Origin: Paramoeba atlantica
Taxonomy: Eukaryota; Protista; Discosea
Assembly (NCBI GenBank): GCA_977017575.1
Contig: CDRNVI010000060.1
Location: 186,001 to 250,000 of the forward strand
Direction of reading: 5' to 3'
DNA length: 64,000 bases
Made by a program: the position numbers and the translations under genes. The notes under the pieces were generated by a model. It worked only from the letters and a program-made list of their open reading frames with translations, ran no database searches and had not been told where the DNA came from. Below, one piece after another: positions 11,554 to 23,429 of the stretch; the stretch's first letter is position 1; each line of letters opens with the position of its first letter.

Positions 11554-12480
11554 TTATTTGAAAATTACTTTTGTACCTTGCGTAATGAGGTCGTCCAATA
11601 ACTTAGGAAGTATGGAACGGTTAATTTCACCTTCAAGTTCATTATTATCCACGAAGAATAGTCGTGTCATTTGTGGTGGGAGCTTATCGAAAAATACTTT
11701 TCCGCTGAAAAGATTATTCTCGCACTCCAGCACCTCCAACGAAGCGGGTAGATGCCGCAAATCTAGCGTTCCGAAAAATTGATTGTTTGATAATATTAGC
11801 CAAGTGACAGAGGGCAAGCTACTTAGATTAATATTACCTGTAAATTCGTTATCCGAAAGGTCTAATGATACGAAGTTCGCTGGGAATTGACTCAAATCTA
11901 CCTCTCCCGACAAATCATTCTCCTGGACCCACAGCTCTTGCATATTTTGCGGTAAGTTACATAAGTCCACGCCACCTGTAAACGCATTCCCCCCTAATTG
12001 GAAAATGCGAAGCGAGGACGGAAGGCTATCCAATTTCACCTCTCCACTAAGCCTATTTTCATACAAATAGCAGTTCTCGAGCGTTCGTGGGAGATAATCC
12101 CAGGCTGGGGAACCCGTCATGGGAATCCCCAGCATGCCCTGTCCCGCCATTCTCCCATAGGGGGACCAATCCATTAGCGTCACACGCTCGCCGTGCTCAC
12201 AGGCAATACCCTCCCACTCACACGCGGGGGTGTCCGTGTTCCAGCTCGACGGTTTCCCTCCCCTACGCCGAGGGGGTTCATGCCGGTGAAACGGAATCGT
12301 AATATTCTCCACGAAACGCGAGAGCTCGTACTCTTGGGGTAACTGCGCTCCTCGTACCTTACCGAGCGCGGCTCCCGACGTTTCGTCACTTGTAACCTTC
12401 TCTACGGTTTTGCGTCGTTTTCGAGGGGGTGACGGCGTGTCAGAGAGCTGCACAGGACAGGTGATGGGGAGGGGGTTCAT
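11554..12480 (-). CDS. Leucine-rich repeat protein (paralog of 925-1851)
   Basis: 308-aa ORF, 9 amino-acid differences from copy A by my comparison. Confidence 0.93.
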   Translation of the reverse strand: MNPLPITCPVQLSDTPSPPRKRRKTVEKVTSDETSGAALGKVRGAQLPQEYELSRFVENITIPFHRHEPPRRRGGKPSSWNTDTPACEWEGIACEHGERVTLMDWSPYGRMAGQGMLGIPMTGSPAWDYLPRTLENCYLYENRLSGEVKLDSLPSSLRIFQLGGNAFTGGVDLCNLPQNMQELWVQENDLSGEVDLSQFPANFVSLDLSDNEFTGNINLSSLPSVTWLILSNNQFFGTLDLRHLPASLEVLECENNLFSGKVFFDKLPPQMTRLFFVDNNELEGEINRSILPKLLDDLITQGTKVIFK

Positions 12481-12639
12481 AAGAGGTGTAAATCAGAGGA
12501 TACGGTGTCTATTCGATAATATTTGGGAAGGTAATTCTGTCAAATCTGGAGCCATAGGAACAAATCGCACACGTGTACGTTCTGCTGTGGTAGAGTGAGG
12601 CCAACGGCACAAGTAGTTGAGAAACATACACCCCTAGTC

Positions 12640-13350
12640 AGCTTAGTTATCCCTGCTACAGGTATTGCATCTGATTCTAATTAACTCTCATAAGTCTCAT
12701 CAATATAACCCTCCCTTGAAATCGCAGTGTCACTTTGACCTCACCCATTACAAGAATCCATCAACGTGGTTGAGGAGAAGTAAGAGTGAGACGTACAATT
12801 CCCTTCTCCACGAGCAGCGCATAACTAACCCCGACTGTCACGCGATCGCCTTCGAGATAGGCGCACGAGACTTCCCGAATAGTACATGCGGCTATCTAAA
12901 CGCAGTTTTCAAGGGAGATAGCCAGCTGGCAAGAAGATGTCGCGAGGAGATGATGCAGATGGCGGGCAGAGCAAGCTATATCATCTGGTCTCGCCGAAAT
13001 GAGGCGTAATGGACACCGGAAGGCGGTGTTTCAGCTTAGGAAAAAGTGGATAATATTTAATTAATTGTTTGCGGGTACAACCACATAAATACTATGCATT
13101 AAAATAAATGCATGAACAAACGGGCAAGAAACTTAGCTCCGATTTGATGGCCGGATTAAGCTGAAGAACGGGTCAGAGTTCATACTCGAACTGACATCTC
13201 TGTGGGAGGAAAACTTTATATCCTCGCACGAATGGAAGATGCAGAAGTATGGGCATGCATACTACCTACAAAGGAAAACGTCAAATACAGCCACATTTCT
13301 CCTGGCCATTGAAGTAGGGAAAGCTCAACAGCTCAACTGAAGCTCTGAAC
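12640..13350 (+). pseudogene. Duplicated RLE non-LTR relics (copies of 2010-2720)
   Basis: Near-identical to copy A sequence. Confidence 0.6.
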
Positions 13351-13784
13351 TTCTTTTTTGGTAGAAACAGGACCACCACCTTGCGATGCCGACAAAGCAT
13401 GGTAAAAAGAGCTCTTAGTGGGACCTTTAAAAATTTTAATAGTCGCGACAGAGCAGTGAAGTGAGGGCATATGCTCGTGAAGGTTTTAAAAACCTAGGAG
13501 AAACCACCATTTTTCGACCCAATTAGGTCTTCCGCTATCATTTTCACTCTTCCGCTATCTTTTTCACTCCAACGACCTTGTTCCGGGGACTTAATTTTTT
13601 TCTTTCCAAAAATACAGGATTTATTTTAGGGCACCTTAGTAAAATCAAATTTTTCACCTTTCCCTTTCATTGTATTGCGATGTCAGGTTTCCCCCCATCA
13701 AATCAGCAAAACATAATCAATGTTCGCTCTGATTAACACACAATATCCAAAATTATATGCAAAATCCCCATTTTAGATGCAATA

Positions 13785-14486
13785 TCACTCCGGTAGGATG
13801 CTAATGAGTGTGCCATCAGTCTTGATTAATAATTTCCCCGAAAGATTCTTCTTCCTGATTTCACCTTGCAGGAGAGTATTGTTTTTCATCCACAAGAACC
13901 TCAGACTTTGCGGTAATGAGTTCAGAAGCACTTCCCCTTCAAAACAATTGTTGGAAAGATAGAGGGTTTCTAGATTGGGAGGAAGATGGCCCAAATCCAA
14001 TGTGCCGGTCAATTTATTCGCTGCCAAATTCAGAATTCTTAACTGTGACGGCAAGCTGTTTAATACAACTGATCCGGTGAACATATTTTCATCTAAGTAA
14101 AGAGAGCGCAAGGCGCTCGGCAGAGAAACGAGATCAACGGCACCTGAAAATGCATTTTCAGATAGATTCAGTAGCTCTAGAGGGCCCGGAAGATAGTCTA
14201 GTCGAACGCTGCCAAACAGTGCATTCTCGGAAGCATGAAAATCAATAATGGAATCAGGAAGATATTCTAAACAGAGTAGGCCCCGAAGATGTAGGACTTC
14301 CCAATTAATTTCAGTTACCATACTACTCTGGTCGCAACTCACGTCTTCCCATTCGCAGGCAGGGGTACTCGTATTCCAGGATGGGCGAGGGTTTTCAATG
14401 TTTTGAATTAGTCGCATTAAATTGTATTCTTGTGGCATTGACGAACCTTGTACCTTGCCGGGTTTTAAAACGGATGAATCGGACAT
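13785..14486 (-). CDS. Leucine-rich repeat protein (paralog of 3261-3962)
   Basis: 233-aa ORF. Confidence 0.93.
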   Translation of the reverse strand: MSDSSVLKPGKVQGSSMPQEYNLMRLIQNIENPRPSWNTSTPACEWEDVSCDQSSMVTEINWEVLHLRGLLCLEYLPDSIIDFHASENALFGSVRLDYLPGPLELLNLSENAFSGAVDLVSLPSALRSLYLDENMFTGSVVLNSLPSQLRILNLAANKLTGTLDLGHLPPNLETLYLSNNCFEGEVLLNSLPQSLRFLWMKNNTLLQGEIRKKNLSGKLLIKTDGTLISILPE

Positions 14487-14967
14487 AGATGATAAAATCC
14501 AAGGAAATGAAAAAAACTGAGGTAGAAAGCGTTACATAAGAAAAAGGGGAATTCTAAAAGCGCAAAATCATTTTAAAGGTGGAGGCCAGCTTTGAAGAAA
14601 GCGTATCCTCGATACTTTGAGTTTTCAGAATGTTTATACGATTTTTTAAAGTCCAAAATCGAAAGGTAAAAAGGCTTTCCCGTACAGTTTTGGCGTCATG
14701 CTGCACAGTTTCTATAAATATTGTTTTCGTTTTCTAAAATACCAGACTCCCCTACATTAGATGAAAACTGAACCAACCCTTTTGTACTGCTTAACCATGT
14801 TCAACACTGGGAGCCAACCTTTTGACGAGGAATTTGCATGCAAACAATTTCTCTACATTATCTAACTGTAACTCGTCACTGTAAGAATTGATATAGCTAC
14901 ATGTGTACATGTGGAATTTTTGTCCTTATTTGTTTTTTTCTAAAACATACAAAGTTAAAGTACTGCG

Positions 14968-15825
14968 CTACAATACAGTAATTGTAACACATTCTGGAAT
15001 TGGCCAAGACTGCACTTCCAAATCGCAGATATTTCCTTTCAAATTCAAATCTTTCATTGTTGCTGGTAAGGCGTCAAATGCTACTTTTCCCGTAAAAGCG
15101 TTGTTCCCAAGGGAAAGTGTACGCATAAACGGCGGAAGGGAGCGCAGAACCAACTCACCATTCAACTTATTACCGGTCAAGTGCAAAACTGTAAGTTCTT
15201 TCGGGAGACAGGTTAAGTTTACACTTCCAACAAAAAGATTTTCATGCAGAAAAAGTCTTTGAAGTTGTCCTGGGAGAAGCGTCAGGTCTAGATTCCCTGA
15301 AAAATCATTACGCGACACAGAAAACAACCTCAATGGAGGAGGCAGTGAGGTCAAGTCAAGCATACCTGAAAATCTTGTACCAGATGAAAAAAGCTGTTCA
15401 ACGAATTGTGGGAGGGAAGGGGCATCGAAGGATCCGTATAAGGGGTTGTATTGTATGTTTAAAGAACTCAGTTTCGGGGGAAATGCGGAAACTGGAAGAG
15501 TTCCGCTGAGTTTATTATTTCCCACACGAACAGTACACGTTGTGTGGGGTAGATACTCCCATGAGAGATTACCCTTCAGTGCCCTGGACGACCAATCAAT
15601 ATTGAGCACTTCATCATTGGAATTACAAGCGACACCCGCCCACAAACATGCTTCTGTTTCCTTCCTCGTAATCAGTAACTTCGTCTCGAGATTCTCAATG
15701 AATTTTGCCATTTGCATGTCATGTGAGAGGATGGCTCCTCGCACTTTCCCTAGACGTGCATTCGTGCGAGTATTGGTCAAATCCGCCAGTGAAGCACTTC
15801 TGAGGATTAGTAATGAGATTGACAT
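14968..15825 (-). CDS. Leucine-rich repeat protein (paralog of 4444-5301)
   Basis: ORF 14968-15873; start placed at the ATG at 15825 by homology with copy A (MSISLL). Confidence 0.9.
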   Translation of the reverse strand: MSISLLILRSASLADLTNTRTNARLGKVRGAILSHDMQMAKFIENLETKLLITRKETEACLWAGVACNSNDEVLNIDWSSRALKGNLSWEYLPHTTCTVRVGNNKLSGTLPVSAFPPKLSSLNIQYNPLYGSFDAPSLPQFVEQLFSSGTRFSGMLDLTSLPPPLRLFSVSRNDFSGNLDLTLLPGQLQRLFLHENLFVGSVNLTCLPKELTVLHLTGNKLNGELVLRSLPPFMRTLSLGNNAFTGKVAFDALPATMKDLNLKGNICDLEVQSWPIPECVTITVL

Positions 15826-16099
15826 TAAATAAATAATGGAAATACAGTAAATAAATAATGGTAATACACACACAATTATTAGTGTGAGAATAAGTTGTAA
15901 AACAAAAATTAGTAAATTTTTAATTCCTAGTAGTAAAACATGTTATAATTGTTCTAGTACCATGTTATAATTCAGGTTTTACACCTTGCCTTCTTTTCTT
16001 TTCTTTTCTTTTTTCGGAATTCTATTTTTTTTAGAAAAAAGTTTCAGATTACTACATGTCGCACTACATCGGAGAATGTCGCACTACATCGGAGAAGCG

Positions 16100-16420
16100 A
16101 TATTGCTCAGCAATCTGATAAGTGCTTCGTCTAACTAAGAGTTTTCTCACGGAAGACGAAGAAGCTCGGCTGTTAAAAACTTTGTTGCTGATTCGACAAA
16201 CTGGCGTTGCCGTCGGCGCAGCTCGTAGCCAACATTGCGAAAGGTATCAGAGAACAGCGACAAACGGGACACACAGTGCTGAAAGGTGGCATGCTGAAGT
16301 TTTCGATTTCCTGGGCAAATTCTTGGATGCACCGCAATGCCAGTATGGTGCGATGGGCAACTAAAACTCGAACTGTGACACCTATTGAAGTCGCGCAGAC
16401 AGCCAATGTATTTTTTTCTC
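16100..16420 (+). pseudogene. pogo CENP-B HTH relic, frameshifted (copy of 5490-5810)
   Basis: Same sequence with a frameshift near 16227. Confidence 0.6.
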
Positions 16421-16649
16421 ATCTACAGTGCGGGGCTTATTACGGGACGGGTTAAAGCACAGCGGTGCGCAGGCATATTCCCCCCTTCCTGGGGATTGGG
16501 TTTCAAAATGGTATGTGAGTGTTTACTTTATAAGTTTAATACTTTTTATAAGAAAAACTGTCGATTATTTCTTAATCCGATATCTTTCTCTAGTGTGGAG
16601 AAACCACGAAATGCAATTTACCAACCTCGGTTGACTGGATGCTTTCCAT

Positions 16650-17100
16650 TTCTTGATATATTCCACTTCTTCGTTTTGATCGATATTAGACTTTCTGTAC
16701 TTTTTCTACTTAGTTCATCATTTCTTCCCCACGCAACGAGCGTAACTTTGTCAAAATTCCATGCCCGTTATTTCCACACTGTATTTTTATGCCCTTTTCC
16801 TGCCGGTACTAAGACTGGAACTGTCCCCATTTCTCGCTGAAGCGGGGGACGCCTCTCGATCCCTTGACCCCTCCCAGCCACTCCCGTGAAGTGAGTACTT
16901 CCCTCCCAGCTTCTTTCTTGTCCACGCTTATCTTTGGCTAGGCATCATGCAGGGCGTCATGGCAAGAAGTTATTTCCCTGTACTATACTCCTACATTGTC
17001 CTTGGATACACTACTACAGTTGTAGCTCTAATAGGCAAATTTGTCCCGGGATATTGGCATATTGGTGTGACAAACGCTAATACACCCGGAGCAGTCCACA
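16650..17100 (+). repeat. Unspliced-looking member of the SL-headed repeat family (copy B)
   Basis: CTTAG|TTCATC with AG at 16712-13; homologous to 6040-6475. Confidence 0.75.
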
Positions 17101-17377
17101 GACAAATGGCGTAAAAAGTTGGTCGTATGTGGCTCAAATACCGCTAATCAAATGAACAAAATCTATTCTTTGGTTCTTTTTGAGAATATAGTTTTCAACA
17201 AATATGTTTTTTAAAAATAGAAGGTGAAAAATGTTATTTTAGGTACAGACTGTACCCAAACTCAGACTGTACCGAACAGCATGAGTACAAGATACCCGAT
17301 TTAATTTATTTTCGTACGATCTAATGAGTGCCGCCCTCCACGGATACATACCCAAAGGATGGTTCACTGAATAATGA

Positions 17378-18049
17378 CTATTCGTCGTCTTTCTGATCTC
17401 CAAATTCTATATTTTTAGGCACAACGTGCGGTTTAACAAAGTAATTTTTTGAAAGAACGAACTTCTGCACATTTTCGGGGACACGGGTCAAATCCAAACT
17501 ACCAGAGAGATAATTGGATCTTAGGTCCAGGTGCCTTAGACATCCGGGAAGCTGAGTTAGATCAATCTCCCCTTCAAATTGATTAAAACTTAAATTCAAA
17601 TATTCCAAGGTGTTGGGCAGATGTACCAGATCTATGAATCCGGTACATTTGTTCATAGAAAGATCAAACTTTTTTAAAGAGTTTGGTAGTACGGAAAGTT
17701 GAACGGAGCCTACTAAATTCTGAAGGTACGCAGTAAAGGAAATTAACGCACGTGGCATGTGCTCCCACAGGAGTTCACCTGCCAAGGAAGGATATTCTGG
17801 TGCGTAATCGTACATTTTGTTTTCCCAATGTAGAGACGTCACTTGTTTTTCCTCATTGCATACTACGTACTTCCACTCACACGCGGGTTTTTCCTCACTC
17901 CATGTTAACTCCTTTTCCGATAGATTACTCACAAATCTAGACAATGTGTATTCCTGTGGTAACACAGTGCCACGAACCTTGCTTGGACGATATGAGATAT
18001 CGACACTCATGAGTAAAATGGCGTGCATATCATTTCTAGGATGAGCCAT
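17378..18049 (-). CDS. Leucine-rich repeat protein
   Basis: 223-aa ORF; SKVRGTVLPQEY, PACEWKYVVC, LRRs; the true start may be a downstream Met. Confidence 0.9.
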   Translation of the reverse strand: MAHPRNDMHAILLMSVDISYRPSKVRGTVLPQEYTLSRFVSNLSEKELTWSEEKPACEWKYVVCNEEKQVTSLHWENKMYDYAPEYPSLAGELLWEHMPRALISFTAYLQNLVGSVQLSVLPNSLKKFDLSMNKCTGFIDLVHLPNTLEYLNLSFNQFEGEIDLTQLPGCLRHLDLRSNYLSGSLDLTRVPENVQKFVLSKNYFVKPHVVPKNIEFGDQKDDE

Positions 18050-18053
18050 TAAG

Positions 18054-18108
18054 ACTACTATTAGTATTAGTACTATTAGTATTAGTACTATTAGTATTAG
18101 TACTATTA
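18054..18108. repeat. 15-bp tandem repeat (tagtactattagtat)
   Basis: About 3.5 copies directly upstream of the LRR start. Confidence 0.85.
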
Positions 18109-18347
18109 CGTGTTTTAAAGTTGTAAAGTGTACGATCTATTATACAGATGCAGATGTTACTACCGAACCCCTGTCCAGCCTACCTCCCCGGTATATTAAG
18201 TGGATATACTAATAGATTATCTCTCTAGATAATTAGTCCCTCGCTATAATCTCTAATCTCTGTAGATAATTTTTTCAATAATCGAGGGTAAAGCGATAGT
18301 TATACAGCCACCGCAATTCGTCTCTCTCTACATAACTGAGGGGCTGC

Positions 18348-18470
18348 AGGTATGATGTCCCGTGATCTCGTTTTGAGGTCGTCCAACGACCCTCCCGAGG
18401 AATAAACCATCCTTCCCGAGGCTAATCCGCTCTCGAGAGATCTCGCGTGATCTCGTCTTGGGCCTCACCC
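18348..18470. mobile_element. Non-autonomous GAGGGG-TIR element, one end truncated
   Basis: Starts GAGGGGCTGCAGGTATGAT; ends GATCTCGCGTGATCTCGTCTTGGGCCTCACCC, matching both halves of 37887-37944. Confidence 0.7.
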
Positions 18471-18749
18471 ATTTGTAGTGCATATAATTTAAGGTTCATG
18501 CGGCGCTCGGGCGCAAGCGATAGTATCGATTCTATGCCGCATTGAACGGCAGGTGCGTGGCGTCCGGGATTCGGTTATGGCAGATCGGGAGAAGCCCATC
18601 TGTGGCCATAGCGTGTTACAACGCGTCTGATGCTCGGGAGAGAAATCCTAGCTCAACCCCCTCTTTACGTATCACGAAAGAGGCGTGTTATAACCAGTGC
18701 GCGCCACGTCTAGCGGTCCTCAACGGAGGCGACCATGACGTATGACCTC

Positions 18750-18860
18750 TTCGGTCTGCGGAGAAAGAGGGCAGCACTCACCCAAGGGAGGCAGAACTCC
18801 AACTCAAGGGCGTCGGGGAGGTGTGAAGCGGTGAAATGCGTATCCCCTCCTTCAACAAAC
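18750..18860 (-). repeat. Diverged internal fragment of the SL-headed repeat family
   Basis: Reverse complement ttgttgaaggaggggatacgcatttcaccgcttcacacctccccgac resembles gctgaagcaggggacgcgctttcaccacttcacccctccccgac. Confidence 0.6.
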
Positions 18861-20689
18861 TTATATTCCATGTAGCTATAATGGCTGTATTCAGTTAAAA
18901 ATGTAGATGATCTAACGTAGATCTAACGTAGATGATCTAAAAATGTAGATGATCTAACGTAAAAATCGAGCCCGGAAGGTTTTAGTTTCCCACTCCTACA
19001 AAAGTTCACACGAAAAAAACTAAGGATAGAAAGTAAAAAATTAGTACAGACAAACTGAGTGGATAAGTTAGGTATTTGAGATGGCGTCCAAAAATAAACA
19101 GAATGCCTTTTTTTCAAACAATCCTTCCTCTCCACTTCGTCAAAGTTGAACTAGTCCTCGTCATAGCTGAACTCCAATTGAGGAAAAATTTCCTCATAAA
19201 TAAATGAGTAGGTTCATTAGTGTATTTACGAAGGAACAACTCATACTCTTCGCGGTCGTGTGTAACGACTAAGCTCCCATGTCATTGAGCAGGTTTCCTC
19301 CAAATCCTTGATTTTCCCGACCAGGAATTGCATCACCCCATTACTCACTTTAATCTCTGTTTCATGAACATCGTAGAAAAGTTTCTTTAAAACGCCCTCC
19401 ACATTCAAGAATCCCCCAAGATTATGATTAAAGTGAGCATAAAACAGCGATGGGGGGAAGAATTCAAAGCATGCCGCACCCTTAAAAAGATTATTTGAAA
19501 TGTCCAGCTACTCAAGGTCTGCGGGAAGCGAACGCAGATTCTGGGGTCCCGTCGAAGGCATTGTCATTTAAAATACTTGTCGACGGATTTTGGTAAACTT
19601 GTCGACGGATTTTGGAAAATCCTCAAACAAGACTTCCCCACTCAACCCAGTAGAATAGATTTCCACTGGACGACCCAAACGTTCGTGCTACACGGCTTTC
19701 GATGAGTCAACAAACCTCTGTTGAACGGCCGAGCCGTCAAACACCGATATGAAGATCTATAGACAAAAAACATTTATGTTTGAGGCAATAAATTACTAGG
19801 GAATTTCTTTCGATTGTTGAAAACTCTAGGTGAAAAATGTAGTTTTTCAATATATAGCATGAAAAAAAATATAGTACTATAAAGTGCTATATTTATAGTT
19901 TTTGAAGTTTTTCGGACCCCTGGTGGTAAGTCCATCTCCGGGAATAGGCTATTTTTTCCCAGGCTTATTTCCCGTGTGCTAAACTTATAACCTCGGAGAA
20001 GGTGGAACTGCACTCGTGCAGGCTGTGGTCGAATCCCACCCCATCTCCGGGCAGCGGAGGCGTAAAAAACTTTGACGAAAGATATCCTAGGCGCTCCCAC
20101 CCAGAGTCACCTCTCTAAAACTCTAACTACTTACCGTTACCCCCTCCCGTAGGCATCCAAGTACGCTACGTATCCAAAAAGATTGTGATTGTTTGGACAA
20201 CTAGCGTAGTTGGATAAGTCAGCGATTTATCCAACTTTATTGCTTTCATAGAATATTAAATATTCAACATTTTATACATGTCGGCATTGAATCGACTAAT
20301 CTTTGTTACTGAGCAGGTGAGCAGTGCTCATCTCCCACAAGGGCCAGTGGTCCACGCAACGGCGGCGACTACCAGAATTCGAAATGCACAGCTCTTGATC
20401 GAAGCTCATACGCAAGAGCGTCGCCGTAAAACTCGGGTGTCCTCTAGGAAGATAAATACGTTGCTGTGATCTCAAGCGCAACATACGACAAAAAATATAA
20501 AATCTTAAAATCCCCTGCGTACAACCAGAGCCCAGCAAACCCCGCTTGAGCGGTACTTTTACTTACGTCGGTTTTCTCCATCCCCAACATGCTCCCCACG
20601 ATAGCCCGACTTGCTGTTTCAGGGAAATGTCTTCAAACTCCACCTCTTTGGTAGAGAACGCCGAAAGTATGTGACTCATAGAAGACGTG

Positions 20690-21160
20690 GTTAGAATTTG
20701 AAATTCAGGAAAAAATTAGGAGCACAAATATGGGCACAAAGGAATGTTTACGAGAGCAAAGTACTGCATTGCGTTGATGAATCGTATCTATTAATATCAA
20801 GAAAACTCAAGAACGTACAGGACATTCATTTTTACAGAATTTTACACATAAAGGCTCTCTGACTTCCGAAGAACTCGAAAGATGAAGGAAATCTTATTGA
20901 GTCGAGTTACGATCACCATGCCTACATGATCAGAATCTTACCGACTAAACATTTCTAGACATCACAGTTCCGGTTCTCCCGGGACTTTGTCAGAAAACAC
21001 CAAGAAAAGTGTAGCAAAGTCGGAGAAAATATCAAAATTCGAACCTCAAACGATATTCTCCAAGGATAACCCTCCGTAGCTATGCCCAATCGGCTCAACT
21101 TTCGAAAAAAGTAAATCGCACAAAAGACATGAGCTCATCTCCATCCTGAGCTACCCTCAA
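20690..21160 (+). pseudogene. Degenerate Tc1/IS630-like transposase catalytic region
   Basis: RKKLGAQIWAQRNVYESKVLHCVDES (first D), later ILQ/DN across a frameshift; many stops. Confidence 0.4.
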
Positions 21161-21314
21161 AATAGACCTTTCTGGCGCCCAACTCAAAGCAAGGAACCGG
21201 TATTTCAGACACCGCCATGTCCGATACCGGTCGAACGTTTTCGGCTTCTCTTCAAGCCATACACACCCTCTTTCCCCCCCCCGTGCCTTCCCTCCCCCCC
21301 TTCTCCCCCCGTTC

Positions 21315-23201
21315 TCACAACTTCGCCTCCACCCGGTTCGACAACCCCACCAACCCCGGCAGCACCTCCCCTTGCAACAGCCCCAACGAGGCCCCCCCTC
21401 CCGTGCTCACATGGCTCAGCCCCTCCCCCACCCCCGCCCCCTGCACCGCCGCCACCGTGTCCCCTCCCCCCACCACACTCACCACCCCCCTCTCCCGTGT
21501 CGCCGCCGCCAGGGCCCTGGCAACCCCCACGGTGCCGTACGCAAACGGCGCCTCCTCGAACCTCCCCACGGGCCCGTTCCACACCACCGTGCGGGCCTCC
21601 CGCAGCAGCCCCTCTACCCGCTCCAGGGTCCGGGGGCCGATATCGAACACGGCCGAGCCTTTGGGCACGACCAGCCCTTTGGTCGGTCCCACCCTACCTG
21701 TGGCCCCGTCCCGTACCACGTGATCCACCGGGAGAATGATTTTATTCCCCCAGCGCGGCTCCGCGAGGAGTTGGCCCGCGACCCTCACGGGATCGTTTGC
21801 GGGGTTGTTATCTTTGCGTTGGGGGAAATAGCTTTTCCCCATGTCATGGCCCAGAGCGGATAGAAAAGGGAAACTCATGGCGCCCCCAATGAAGAGGGCG
21901 TCGACCCGGTTGAGTAAGTGTTGGATGAGTTTGACTTTGTCGGTGACCTTGGCGCCCCCGAGGAGGGCGAGTAGGGGGCGTCGGGGGTTGTGAAGGATTT
22001 TCTGGAACGCGGTGAGTTCCTTCGCGAGGAGGAGACCGGCGGCCCCGAGGCCGAGGGTGCGGGGGAGCTCGCACAGGGAGGCCGCGGTGCGGTGGGAGAC
22101 CCCGAAGGCGTCGTTGATGAAGACGGTGCCGTGGGCGGCTAGTACCGTCGCGAAGGCCTGACGCGCCCGGGGGGCCTTGGAGGCCTCCCCGGGGTGGAAC
22201 CGGAGGTTTTCGAACAGAACCACCGAGCCTGGGGGGACACGGGAGAGGTGGGCGGTGGCCGCAAGAGGGTCGGGGACAAAACTCACGACGGGGGGGTTGG
22301 TTGTTGTTGTTGTGGTTTTTGAGGAAGCCTCCCTTGGATGGGCGGCGTCCTCCCCAGGGTGCGAACCCCAAGCCTCGGTGAGGGCTTTTTGTAACACGGG
22401 GACAAGGGGTTGAAGCGAGTAGGCCCGGGAGTAGCCACCTGATTTCGGGGGTTGTCCCCAGTGCGCGAGGAGGACAAGGTAACGGGGTTGCTGGCGGAGG
22501 ATGTGGAGCAGCGTGGGGAGGGTGGAACGAATACGGAAATCGTTCATCACGACCTCGTGGGCGGCGTCCATGGGGACGTTGTAGTCCACACGGAGGAGAA
22601 CGCGCTGGTTGTGGAGGTTGACGTCGGTGATGCTCAGCTTCTTTTTGAGGTAATCTTTCGCGGCGAACGTGGAGCGGAAGAGGTCGGGTATGGGGGAGTA
22701 GGCACCTGTGTGGGGAGTGCGAGTTCGAGACCCCGGGATCCCTGTGGGGTGAAGCGGCTTAAAGCTGATGGCTATTCGTTCGCTACATGAGCCGTTCTGT
22801 GGAGGTGCGTTTTCCGGCGGGGCCGCACGTAGTGCGTAGAGTTGTGGGGTTGGGAACCGCGTGCGAGCGAGTAGCACGCGATCGGGCTCACGGGCAACAG
22901 ACTTTAGAATTTCATCGTCGAATATATCACAGAGAAAACTGATTTTTTTTTCGCTGACGTGTCTGTCACCTGCATGGGACTTTGATCCACCTGGAAGATG
23001 CGAGTCTTCAAAAAAATGCACAGCGCTCCCATTCGCGTGTAAAATTTTCCAGCTGTCTCGTTCGCACTCAACGTAGGGATGCAATGTGTATTGCATAGAA
23101 CGGCACATGAGCGGTTTATGCTGGACAGATGAGTCCTTTGCACTGGGACTGTGCATGCTGTTATAAAGACGAATAAGAAATAAAATCGCTGTGCGATACA
23201 A
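21315..23201 (-). CDS. PGK: Phosphoglycerate kinase with N-terminal PAS-like domain and PTS1 (-AKL), probably glycosomal
   Basis: RVDYNVP, ENLRFH, NDAFG..HR, GGAKVTDK, WNGPVG, GGGDT, HVSTGGGAS; N-terminal HPYVECERDSWKILHANGSAVHFF is PAS-like; ends EAKL*. Confidence 0.95.
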   Translation of the reverse strand: MYRTAILFLIRLYNSMHSPSAKDSSVQHKPLMCRSMQYTLHPYVECERDSWKILHANGSAVHFFEDSHLPGGSKSHAGDRHVSEKKISFLCDIFDDEILKSVAREPDRVLLARTRFPTPQLYALRAAPPENAPPQNGSCSERIAISFKPLHPTGIPGSRTRTPHTGAYSPIPDLFRSTFAAKDYLKKKLSITDVNLHNQRVLLRVDYNVPMDAAHEVVMNDFRIRSTLPTLLHILRQQPRYLVLLAHWGQPPKSGGYSRAYSLQPLVPVLQKALTEAWGSHPGEDAAHPREASSKTTTTTTNPPVVSFVPDPLAATAHLSRVPPGSVVLFENLRFHPGEASKAPRARQAFATVLAAHGTVFINDAFGVSHRTAASLCELPRTLGLGAAGLLLAKELTAFQKILHNPRRPLLALLGGAKVTDKVKLIQHLLNRVDALFIGGAMSFPFLSALGHDMGKSYFPQRKDNNPANDPVRVAGQLLAEPRWGNKIILPVDHVVRDGATGRVGPTKGLVVPKGSAVFDIGPRTLERVEGLLREARTVVWNGPVGRFEEAPFAYGTVGVARALAAATRERGVVSVVGGGDTVAAVQGAGVGEGLSHVSTGGGASLGLLQGEVLPGLVGLSNRVEAKL

Positions 23202-23429
23202 TGTTGTGCGAAAATACAGGATTCAAACATTGTAGGATGTGGTTTTACATACCGGGGAACTCATTTTATTTGCCTAATAAACAATAATCCGGCGCTCAAA
23301 AATCGAAACTTGAACATAAAATAAACGGGCACCTTAAAAAAATTAAAAACGGGAGGCCTTCAACAACGTTAGAACAACTTTCTTGAAGATCGTAGGCGAA
23401 CACTTTCCCGAATTGTTTCCATGGGCAAG

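Larger units (their letters stand above)
10630..17100. repeat. Segmental duplication copy B
   Basis: Colinear with 1-6475; both end at ...ccggagcagtccaca. Confidence 0.97.

Noticed and set aside
18899-19620. Short direct repeats (18899-18962, 19575-19618; also 24660-24710, 58260-58292)
   Set aside because: Simple slippage duplications without further structure
21205-22790. Many long overlapping ORFs on both strands
   Set aside because: Shadows of GC-rich PGK coding sequence; the same applies to ORFs overlapping HscB, the methyltransferase and the LRR genes
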